From Candidatus Uhrbacteria bacterium (GTDB lineage Bacteria > Patescibacteriota > Patescibacteriia > SG8-24): a stretch of 64,000 bases of DNA. Position 1 is the stretch's first letter. The number at the start of each line of letters is the position of its first letter. Under the pieces are notes generated by a model. The model was not told the origin of the DNA. It searched no databases and saw only the letters and a list, made by a program, of their open reading frames with translations. The stretch spans positions 8,071-72,070 of the forward strand of contig JAFGIV010000006.1 in the NCBI GenBank assembly GCA_016929435.1. Direction: 5' to 3'. Of the stretch, positions 37,538 to 45,529 are shown one piece after another. The position numbers and the translations under genes are program-made.

Positions 37538-38791
37538 TCAGGCCGGGCGGACCGGCCTAATGTCAGGGTGCCCCAGTTCCGGGGCGGCGGTCACCCCGTC
37601 GGCTTCCTGTTTCCTTTCGGGCTCAAAAGGGCTTTTTCGGCCCAACGAACGGTAAACCGTGTCCAGAACCGACTTTTCCGCCTCCAGCAGGTTGGCGTTC
37701 GGGAAGCAGATTCGGGCCAACCGGCGGTCGCCGTTCGGTTTCAGGCCGGCCATTAGCCTGGTGGCGTCCCCGTGCCTTTCCGAGCTGATTAGGGCGCATA
37801 TCCCGGCCGGATGGCCGTCCTCGTTCCGGTGTCCCTGCTCGTAGATGACCCCGCAGATCTCCGCTTCCGGGGAATTGGCCATCATCTCCTCCATGATGTC
37901 GGGCAGTTGGTTTTCCGAGGCCCCGGAATGGATGAAATCCTGCCTGACCAGCAGTGTCCAGGCGAACTGGGTGCTGGCGTCGTGTTTGAGGCGGGAAAGG
38001 GCCCTTCCCCACAGTTTCAGGGTCGGGAGGGAACGGTTGCGGTAGAGGTGACGGACGATTTCCTCCCGTTGTCCTCCGGCGGCGATCAGTTCAGAGGCGA
38101 CCTTTAGGGTGTGGGGCGTGACCTGCGGCGTCCGGAAGCTCCTGGTCTTGGCTATCAGTCCGGTCAACAGGCAGGTGGCTGCCCCCTCGTCCAGGTCGGT
38201 CCGGTCGATCTCGTGCAGGACGTTAAATACCACCTCGGCCGCCGATGAGGCGGTAATGTCGATTATGTTGATGTTTCCGAACCGTTCGTTGGCCGGGTCG
38301 TTGTCGATGTTGACCACCGGAAGGCGGTGGAAGAAATCGGTGTTCTCCCGGAAGATTGCCCCAAGCGAGTCGTAGGAAGGCGTGTCCAGGCAGACGATCA
38401 GGTCATACCGGAAATCCGATGCGGATAGGGCGATGTCCTGATCCCGGAACTGTCCGGATTTCGGGGTGACGTATATCTTGAGGCGATCTTCGGCCAGGTC
38501 ATAAGACAGGTCCTCTATTCCGGCCCGCGATACGTCCAGGCTGATGATGAATTTCTGGAGTTTCCCCAAGCTTGGCCTGATGTCGGTGACGCCGGGGAGG
38601 AACCCCACGTGTTTCGGGTCATCGAACCCGTCGGCTGCGATGTCGGCCCTCTTGCCCCAACCCTTCAGTATCCTGGCCAGCGCCAAGGCCGAACCGACCG
38701 CATCCGGATTCCATTCCTTCCGGAAGGTTATCAGGCAGTTGGTGGCGCGGTTGACGGTCTCCAGGAACTGTTTCCCGGTGTTGAGGGGCAT
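37538..38791 (-). CDS. DHH-family protein with degenerate motifs
   Basis: PDAVGSALAL, LDT, NIDND in place of DHH, ATCLLTGL..T.SF. Confidence 0.8.
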   Translation of the reverse strand: MPLNTGKQFLETVNRATNCLITFRKEWNPDAVGSALALARILKGWGKRADIAADGFDDPKHVGFLPGVTDIRPSLGKLQKFIISLDVSRAGIEDLSYDLAEDRLKIYVTPKSGQFRDQDIALSASDFRYDLIVCLDTPSYDSLGAIFRENTDFFHRLPVVNIDNDPANERFGNINIIDITASSAAEVVFNVLHEIDRTDLDEGAATCLLTGLIAKTRSFRTPQVTPHTLKVASELIAAGGQREEIVRHLYRNRSLPTLKLWGRALSRLKHDASTQFAWTLLVRQDFIHSGASENQLPDIMEEMMANSPEAEICGVIYEQGHRNEDGHPAGICALISSERHGDATRLMAGLKPNGDRRLARICFPNANLLEAEKSVLDTVYRSLGRKSPFEPERKQEADGVTAAPELGHPDIRPVRPA

Positions 38792-38919
38792 CGGTTCGGG
38801 CGGTGATGGATAAGGAATCACCTTATAGACCCTGGGAAATTGTGTCAAGAGAGCCGCCATCCCTTCCCAAAACCCCGCTTTTGGGCCAAAATATACGGGT
38901 CATCGCTAATGTGCCACTT

Positions 38920-41643
38920 ATGAAAAAAATCGAATTGGCCAAGGCCTACGAACCGCAGTCCGTTGAGGACGGAATTTACCGGGATTGGGAGCAATCCGGC
39001 CTCTTTAACCCCGACAACCTTCCCGGCAAAAGGGACGAGTCCTTTACCGTCATCATGCCCCCGCCCAACGCCACCGGCACCCTGCACATCGGACATGCCA
39101 TGTTCCTGACCCTGGAGGACATCATGGTCCGCTTTGCCCGGATGCGGGGCAAGGCCGCCCTGTGGCTGCCGGGTACGGATCACGCCTCCATCGCCACCCA
39201 GGCCAAGGTGGAGAAGATCGTCGCCAAGGAGGAGGGGAAGACCAAGTACGACTACGGCCGGGAGGCCTTCATCGAGCGGATCAAGAAGTTCGTCGGGGGT
39301 TCGCAGGCCACCATCCGCAGGCAGGTCCGGAAGATGGGCGCTTCCTGCGACTGGTCGCGGGAGGCCTATACGCTTGACGATCCGCGTTCTCGGGCCGTCC
39401 GGGAGATGTTCGTCCGGATGTTCGACGACGGCCTGATCTACCGCGGCTACCGCATCGTCAACTGGTGCCCGCGCTGCGAATCGACCCTGGCCGACGATGA
39501 GGTCGAGTACAGGGAGCAGCGGGGCAGGCTGTACTTCATGAAATACGGCCCGTTCACCGTGGCCACGACCCGCCCGGAGACCAAGCTGGGCGATACCGGC
39601 GTGGCCGTCCATCCGGAAGATGCCCGATACCGGGACATGATCGGAACGGAATTCGAGGTCGATTTCGGAATCGGTCCGCAGAGGATCAGGGTGATTGCCG
39701 ACGGGTCCGTCGATCCGGAGTTCGGTTCCGGAGTGGTCGGCCTGACCCCGGCCCACTCGGCCGTGGACTTCGAGATGGCCGAGAGGAACGGCCTGCCGAT
39801 CAGGAAGGTTATCGGCGAGGACGGGAAGATGACCGCCTTGGCCGGGAGATACGCCGGGATGACTGTCGAGGAGTGCCGGACCAGGTTCGTGGCTGACCTG
39901 GAGGCGAAGGGCCTCATGGAGAAGGTCGAGGATTTGGACAACAACATTTCCGTCTGCTACCGCTGCGCCACGCCAATCGAGCCGCTCACCTCGCGCCAGT
40001 GGTTTATTGACGTCAATCGCCCGATTGCCGATCGGGAAAACAAGTCCCTGAAGGAGCTGTCCGTCGAAGCCGTCCGGAGCGGCAACATCAGGATCGTTCC
40101 CGACCGCTTCGAGAAGGTCTATTGCCGTTGGATGGAGAACCTCCGTCCGTGGTGCATCTCCCGGCAGATATGGTTCGGGCATCAGGTGCCGGTCTGGTAC
40201 TGCGATGATTGTCGCGGGGGCCTTGCCGCGGACGGGGACGGCCTGGAGGGGGTCATCGTGTCCAGGGACACGCCGGACAGTTGCCCGAAATGCGGAGGAG
40301 CCAACCTGCGCAGGGATACCGATACCCTGGACACCTGGTTCTCGTCCGGGATGTGGACCTTCTCGACCCTCGGCTGGCCGGATAACGCCAAGGTCGGACC
40401 GGACGGTACCGTTGAGAAGACCGGGGACATCAAGCGTTTCCACCCTACCAGCATCATGGAGACCGGTTACGATATCCTGCCGTTCTGGGTAGCCCGGATG
40501 ATCCTGATGACCACCTATGCCTTGGGGGAGGTGCCTTTCCGGAACGTCTATCTGCACGGCCTGGTCCGCGACGAGCAGGGGAGGAAGATGTCCAAGTCCC
40601 TGGAGAACATCATCGACCCGATGGACGTGGCCGAGAAGTACGGCACTGACGCCGTCCGGCTGTCGCTGACCATCGGCAACGCCCCGGGCAATGACCTTAA
40701 GATGTCCGAGGACAAGATCGCTTACTTCCGAAACTTCGCCAACAAGCTCTGGAACATTTCCCGATTCATCCTGATGGGCGGCATTCCGGAGGGGAATCCG
40801 GCCCGTCCCGAACCGAGGACCCTGGCGGACCGATGGATCCTGGCCCGGTTCGACGAGACCGTCCGGTCCGTGACCGCGGACCTGGAGGGGATGAACTATT
40901 CCCGTCCCGGGGAGACGCTCCGCGACTTCACCTGGAACGAGCTGGCCGACTGGTATTTGGAGATCGCCAAGATCGAGAAGGCGCAGGAAAACGACGACAA
41001 CAAACAGAAGATATTGGCCTATCTCCTGTCCAACCTGCTCAAGCTCTGGCACCCGTTCATGCCGTTCGTCACCGAGGAGATCTGGCGGCAGGCCTTCGCC
41101 GCCGGTCCGGAGGACCGGATCATGGTGGCGGAGTGGCCGGAAGTGCCGGCGGCCGCTGCGGACGACGGGGCGGTCATGGACGGCATGGCGGCTCTGCGGG
41201 AGATCATCGTCACGATCCGCAACATCCGGTCCGAGTATGGGGTCGAGGCGGCCAAGAAGATTGGGGCCGTCGCTGTCGCCGGCGACAGGATCGATTTGGT
41301 AAGCCGGCATGCGCAGGTCATCAGGGGCTTGGCTCGCCTGGGCGAGCTCAGGGTTTCGGCTGAAGGCGACCGGCCGGAAGGGCAGGTCGCGGCGGCGGTC
41401 GTCGCCGGAGTGCAGCTGTTCGTCCCGCTCGGAGATTTGGTTGATGCTGACGCCGAAAAAGAAAGATTAAACAGAGAGCTGGCCGATGCCGAGAAATACC
41501 TGGCCGCCCTGAAGGGCAAGCTCGGCAACGCCGATTTCGTGGCCAAGGCCCCGGAAGCGGTGGTGGCCGCCGAAAGGGAGAAGCTGGCGGCGCAGGAGGA
41601 CAAGATCGCCAAGCTCCGGGGGCAGGTGGCGGGGATGTCTTAG
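38920..41643 (+). CDS. valS: Valine--tRNA ligase
   Basis: PPPNATG.LHIGH, TTRPET, WCISRQ.WFGH, KMSKS, C-terminal coiled coil. Confidence 0.98.
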   Translation: MKKIELAKAYEPQSVEDGIYRDWEQSGLFNPDNLPGKRDESFTVIMPPPNATGTLHIGHAMFLTLEDIMVRFARMRGKAALWLPGTDHASIATQAKVEKIVAKEEGKTKYDYGREAFIERIKKFVGGSQATIRRQVRKMGASCDWSREAYTLDDPRSRAVREMFVRMFDDGLIYRGYRIVNWCPRCESTLADDEVEYREQRGRLYFMKYGPFTVATTRPETKLGDTGVAVHPEDARYRDMIGTEFEVDFGIGPQRIRVIADGSVDPEFGSGVVGLTPAHSAVDFEMAERNGLPIRKVIGEDGKMTALAGRYAGMTVEECRTRFVADLEAKGLMEKVEDLDNNISVCYRCATPIEPLTSRQWFIDVNRPIADRENKSLKELSVEAVRSGNIRIVPDRFEKVYCRWMENLRPWCISRQIWFGHQVPVWYCDDCRGGLAADGDGLEGVIVSRDTPDSCPKCGGANLRRDTDTLDTWFSSGMWTFSTLGWPDNAKVGPDGTVEKTGDIKRFHPTSIMETGYDILPFWVARMILMTTYALGEVPFRNVYLHGLVRDEQGRKMSKSLENIIDPMDVAEKYGTDAVRLSLTIGNAPGNDLKMSEDKIAYFRNFANKLWNISRFILMGGIPEGNPARPEPRTLADRWILARFDETVRSVTADLEGMNYSRPGETLRDFTWNELADWYLEIAKIEKAQENDDNKQKILAYLLSNLLKLWHPFMPFVTEEIWRQAFAAGPEDRIMVAEWPEVPAAAADDGAVMDGMAALREIIVTIRNIRSEYGVEAAKKIGAVAVAGDRIDLVSRHAQVIRGLARLGELRVSAEGDRPEGQVAAAVVAGVQLFVPLGDLVDADAEKERLNRELADAEKYLAALKGKLGNADFVAKAPEAVVAAEREKLAAQEDKIAKLRGQVAGMS

Positions 41644-41662
41644 AGCCCCCAAACGTTCTGAA

Positions 41663-41847
41663 CCCTAAATCCCCAGCGCCCCCCTAAGTCCCCCAATACT
41701 GGGGGACTTAAAGTGTGGGGTGGGCGCGCTCGGATATTTGTCTTGGCCCCCAAACCCCCTCCCTGCGGGAGACCTGCGCCTTCAGGGGCTTAAGGGGAAG
41801 GGGATTCCGGAACGAAAAAAAACCCGAGAGATCGGGTCTTTTTGGAA
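41663..41847. repeat. REP-like palindrome cluster plus terminator (unit 1)
   Basis: Hairpin TAAGTCCCCCA-ATAC-TGGGGGACTTA (41685-41710). 41718-41806 matches 42645-42712 with a 21-bp insert. 41793-41847 matches 43220-43273. Confidence 0.88.
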
Positions 41848-41874
41848 GTTGTTTTGGAGAGATTTGTGAGAGGT

Positions 41875-42525
41875 CTATGTCATGTTTTTCAGAGAAGAAT
41901 TTATTTTCTCCTCGGCTCTCCGGACGGCTTCTTTCAGGTATCTTTCTGCTGCCGGGATGTAATTGGTTTCGTATCGGTCTTTCTCACGACACAAACCCAG
42001 TCGTTGTTTTTCTAGGCTACGCACCTTTTTTACTATTTTTTCCGCATTGTCGAGATCCTTGTCGGTGAGTTTTTTTAATTTTTCGCACATTGATTTGAGT
42101 AGTAGGCCGTCGATTTCATCGACCTCTAACCTCAGTGCCTTAACCCGCTTTCCGCCGAAATGAAGCAGTTTTTTCGTCTGCACAATCGTTGGCGGTCCAT
42201 TTAGTCCGACATGAAACCCGGCGAGTTTTTGTTCCTTCGCCTTTCTGACCAGAATCAAGACCGGAACAACCGTAACGGTCAGTAATAAAAAGAATATCAG
42301 CATCAGAACGCTGAATATTTTTGTGATCATTTTATCAATTATATCGCACCCTTCCCTTGTTTCCCATCGGTAATCGATGGTTTTTTGAGACCTGTCGAGT
42401 GGTGCGACTATGAAGCCGATCATCCGTTCGTTGCAGAGCGGAGACTGTGTCAGAAAAAGTTTCACGTACAGGTGGCCTATGATCAGCCACGTTAAGATTG
42501 CCAGTGACAACAGAACTATCCACAT
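41875..42525 (-). CDS. Hypothetical 2-TM, Lys-rich coiled-coil protein
   Basis: SD GGAGGT; promoter TTGACT-17-TAAGCT; lower GC than the host. Confidence 0.7.
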   Translation of the reverse strand: MWIVLLSLAILTWLIIGHLYVKLFLTQSPLCNERMIGFIVAPLDRSQKTIDYRWETREGCDIIDKMITKIFSVLMLIFFLLLTVTVVPVLILVRKAKEQKLAGFHVGLNGPPTIVQTKKLLHFGGKRVKALRLEVDEIDGLLLKSMCEKLKKLTDKDLDNAEKIVKKVRSLEKQRLGLCREKDRYETNYIPAAERYLKEAVRRAEEKINSSLKNMT

Positions 42526-42644
42526 CTTTACCTCCCTGACGGCGTTCACCGTCTTTCGTTGTTAATTTGCGAACCGTTTGCCTGAAGCTTAGCGGGAGTC
42601 CGGGGAGGAGTCAAGGGGGTTGCGCTCTTGCGGGGACCGGCGTA

Positions 42645-42712
42645 GGGTGGGAGCGCTCGGATATTTGTCTTGGCCCCCAAACCCCCTTCAGGGGCTTAAG
42701 AGGAAGGGGATT
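42645..42712. repeat. Repeat unit 2, containing the left 39-bp inverted repeat (42667-42705)
   Basis: GTCTTGGCCCCCAAACCCCCTTCAGGGGCTTAAGAGGAA. Confidence 0.92.
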
Positions 42713-42726
42713 AATTCAAATCTCAT

Positions 42727-43143
42727 ATGGGATTCCCCTCTGTTTCCGGTGCGGTTGGCGTGGCTAACACCTGCACCAAGAAGATCTATCCGGAGTTGGC
42801 GGAAGCAGCCAAGAGAATGCGGGACAATCCGACCGATACTGAGGCCCTGGTTTGGGCCCGCCTTTCCGGCAGACAGTTGGGGCACAAGTTCAGGAGACAG
42901 CACGTCATCGACCGTTTCATTGTCGATTTCTTCTGTCTTGAGAAATCGCTGGTCGTGGAGATCGACGGCGGAATTCACAATCAGACCAAAGATAGGGATG
43001 CGGAAAGGGATAGAATATTGAAAGTGTTGGGCTGTCAGGTATTGCGTTTTTCGAATCGGCAGGTATGGGACAATCTCGACGGGGTAATCGCCACCATTCG
43101 TCGGGAATTGGATAAGGGAATAAAAACTAAAATTTCCTCTTAA
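42727..43143 (+). CDS. DUF559 (Vsr-like) endonuclease
   Basis: AKRMRDNPT.TE...W..L, KFRRQH.I..FIVDFFC, VEIDG.IH, D.ERD..L...G..VLRF.N. Confidence 0.92.
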   Translation: MGFPSVSGAVGVANTCTKKIYPELAEAAKRMRDNPTDTEALVWARLSGRQLGHKFRRQHVIDRFIVDFFCLEKSLVVEIDGGIHNQTKDRDAERDRILKVLGCQVLRFSNRQVWDNLDGVIATIRRELDKGIKTKISS

Positions 43144-43273
43144 GCCCCTGAAGGGGGTTTGGGGGCCAAGACTAAGCGGCACGCCCGGTGGGGGTGCCAT
43201 GGCCCCCGTAGGGGGATTTAGGGGAAGGGGATTCCGGAACGAAAAAGACCCGATCTCTCGGGTCTTTTTGGAA
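43134..43273. repeat. Right 39-bp inverted repeat (43134-43172) plus REP-like/terminator unit
   Basis: Exact reverse complement of 42667-42705; followed by CCCCCGTAGGGGGATTTAGGGG and the shared terminator. Confidence 0.92.
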
Positions 43274-43283
43274 AGGGAAGAAT

Positions 43284-43580
43284 TTATTCCCTCCCCAGCT
43301 CTCTCTCGATGCGTGCATAGAGTTCGGGGTATAATCTTTTTCTTTCCGTGTACCATCCCCCGAATTCTTCAACGGTCATCGATTTAACTTCCATGGCGTC
43401 TCGTTTCAACTTTCGGAGCTCCCTAAGCTCCTTTAGTTTGTAGTGTCTCCTTTTAGGACGTTTCAGGCGGTTTCGAGGGTTTTTCTTCCCCGATATCCCC
43501 CCTTTTTTCTTGATCGAAACGGTCATGGCCAGGATGACCACGATCGCCATTATCACGATCGCCATTATCAGATAGACCAT
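43284..43580 (-). CDS. Hypothetical single-TM basic protein
   Basis: SD AGGAGA; TTGACA upstream; N-terminal TM then a K/R-rich region. Confidence 0.7.
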   Translation of the reverse strand: MVYLIMAIVIMAIVVILAMTVSIKKKGGISGKKNPRNRLKRPKRRHYKLKELRELRKLKRDAMEVKSMTVEEFGGWYTERKRLYPELYARIERELGRE

Positions 43581-43698
43581 TTTTTCTCCTTTCTTTTCCT
43601 GTTTGGTTTTCGACTGTTTTTCCTGAGAGACTTAATCAGATATTAGTATTCTTGTCAACCTTTGACACCGTTCCTCGCTTGGGTTAAGGTTTCACCTT

Positions 43699-44697
43699 AT
43701 GGAAATTTCCCATTGTTACAGGCGGGCCTTTCGGGCCATGGGCCGGGCCAAACGGCTCCTGGCCGTCTGTCACCGCCGTCCGGACGGCGATGCCTTGGGG
43801 TCCACGGCCGCCGTGCTCCTCTGGTGCCGTCGGCAGGGGATAGCGGCCAAGGCCTTTTGCCTTGATCCCATACCACCGAGCTTCGGTTTCCTTCCGGAAT
43901 CCGAGCGGTTTACGTCCGATCCCGCCGTTTTCGGAGAGGGATGGGATACGGTGGTTGTCCTGGACTGCGGCGACCTCCAGCGGATCGGACATCCGGGGGT
44001 GGCCGGCGGCTTCCCGTCCGTCGGCCCGCACCAGCCACCGACCGTCATTGCCGTTGACCACCACTGCACCAACGACGGCCGTTATGCCGACGTATCCGTC
44101 ATTGATCCGCAGGCCTCCTCCACCGCTGAACTTGTCCTGGGCATGTTCCGAGAGAACGGCGTGACCGTTGATTGCGATTTGGCCACCTGCCTCCTGGCTG
44201 GGGTTGCCGGGGACACCGACATGCTGACCAATCCCGCCGCCTGCCGTTCGGCCTTCCGGATGGCTTCCGAGCTCCTGTCCGAGGGGGCTGATTGGCGTTC
44301 GGCGATCGGCCTTTTCGTGCGGAACCGGTCGATTCCCTCCCTGCGTCTCGTGGGCCGGGCCATGGCCCGGCTGAAGGTCGATCCCCAGACCGGGGTGGCC
44401 TCAACGGCCGTATTTCGGTCCGACTGCCCGGATGGGAGTGATTTCCTGGCGGACGGCCTGGTTGACGCCATCGGAGGCGCCATGGATGCGGAGGTGATCC
44501 TGGTGCTGAAGGAAAGGGCGGACGGGACGGTTTCCGGCAGCTTCCGGACGGTCGGGGAGGCGGATACCGCATCCGTGGCCCAGAGGCTGGGGGGAGGCGG
44601 ACACCGGAAAGCCTCCGGTTTCACCGTCACCGGCCGGATCGTGGAAAGGGAACACGGCTGGACGGTGGAGAGGGAAGTTGCCCCCCAGGATCATTGA
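43699..44697 (+). CDS. DHH/DHHA1 phosphoesterase (NrnA-like)
   Basis: CHRRPDGDALGS, LDCG, VDHH, GGGGHRKASG. Confidence 0.92.
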   Translation: MEISHCYRRAFRAMGRAKRLLAVCHRRPDGDALGSTAAVLLWCRRQGIAAKAFCLDPIPPSFGFLPESERFTSDPAVFGEGWDTVVVLDCGDLQRIGHPGVAGGFPSVGPHQPPTVIAVDHHCTNDGRYADVSVIDPQASSTAELVLGMFRENGVTVDCDLATCLLAGVAGDTDMLTNPAACRSAFRMASELLSEGADWRSAIGLFVRNRSIPSLRLVGRAMARLKVDPQTGVASTAVFRSDCPDGSDFLADGLVDAIGGAMDAEVILVLKERADGTVSGSFRTVGEADTASVAQRLGGGGHRKASGFTVTGRIVEREHGWTVEREVAPQDH

Positions 44698-44790
44698 TCT
44701 CCGGGATCGTTTGACATCCCGGAGATCGGGCGTTCCGTTTGCCCCTTCGCCGCTGGCTTGGTATCATTTCAGCGAAACTAACCGGATAGT

Positions 44791-45396
44791 ATGACCAACC
44801 CATTTACCGTCAGTTCGCAGGTTCTTATCCCGACCGTGATCGAGAAATCCCAGTACGGCGAGCGGGCCTATGACATCTACTCCCGCCTGCTCAAGGACCG
44901 GATCGTATTTTTGGGGGACGGGATCGACGAGCATGTGGCCAACATCATCGTTGCCCAACTCCTGTTCCTGGAGAGCCAGGACAAGACCAAGGACATCAAG
45001 CTTTACATCAACAGCCCGGGCGGGTCCGTGACCGCCGGATTGGCGATCCTGGACACCATGAACTACATCAAGCCGGACGTGGCCACCATCTGCATCGGCA
45101 TGGCAGCCTCCATGGGGGCGGTGCTCCTGGCGGCCGGAGCCAAGGGCAAGCGGTTCGCCCTGCCGAACGCCGAGGTGATGATTCACCAGGTGATGGGCGG
45201 GGCAGAGGGCCAGGCCACGGACATCAAGATCCGGGCCGAAAGGATACTGAAGATGAAGGACAAGCTCAACCAGATCCTGGCCGACTGCACCGGACAGACC
45301 TTCGAGAAGGTGGAGAAGGACAGCGACCGGGACAACTTCATGACCGCCGATGAGGCCAGGAAATACGGCCTGATAGACAAGATCATCAGGAAATAG
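44791..45396 (+). CDS. clpP: ATP-dependent Clp protease proteolytic subunit
   Basis: [35 protein letters not shown]. Confidence 0.98.
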   Translation: MTNPFTVSSQVLIPTVIEKSQYGERAYDIYSRLLKDRIVFLGDGIDEHVANIIVAQLLFLESQDKTKDIKLYINSPGGSVTAGLAILDTMNYIKPDVATICIGMAASMGAVLLAAGAKGKRFALPNAEVMIHQVMGGAEGQATDIKIRAERILKMKDKLNQILADCTGQTFEKVEKDSDRDNFMTADEARKYGLIDKIIRK

Positions 45397-45529
45397 GCCG
45401 ACAAAAAAAACAGCCAGCCGCCGGTGCGGCTGTTTTTTGTCATCCGACCCTTGACATTCCGTCCCAAAAATGATATAAATACCCCTTAATCGTGCATTAA
45501 GGCCAGAATACGATTCTAATTACGGAATT

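Noticed and set aside
41644-43273. Repeat cluster as a CRISPR array or integron attC array
   Set aside because: No regular repeat-spacer period, mixed orientations, no cas or intI gene, and no attC RYYYAAC/GTTRRRY ends seen.
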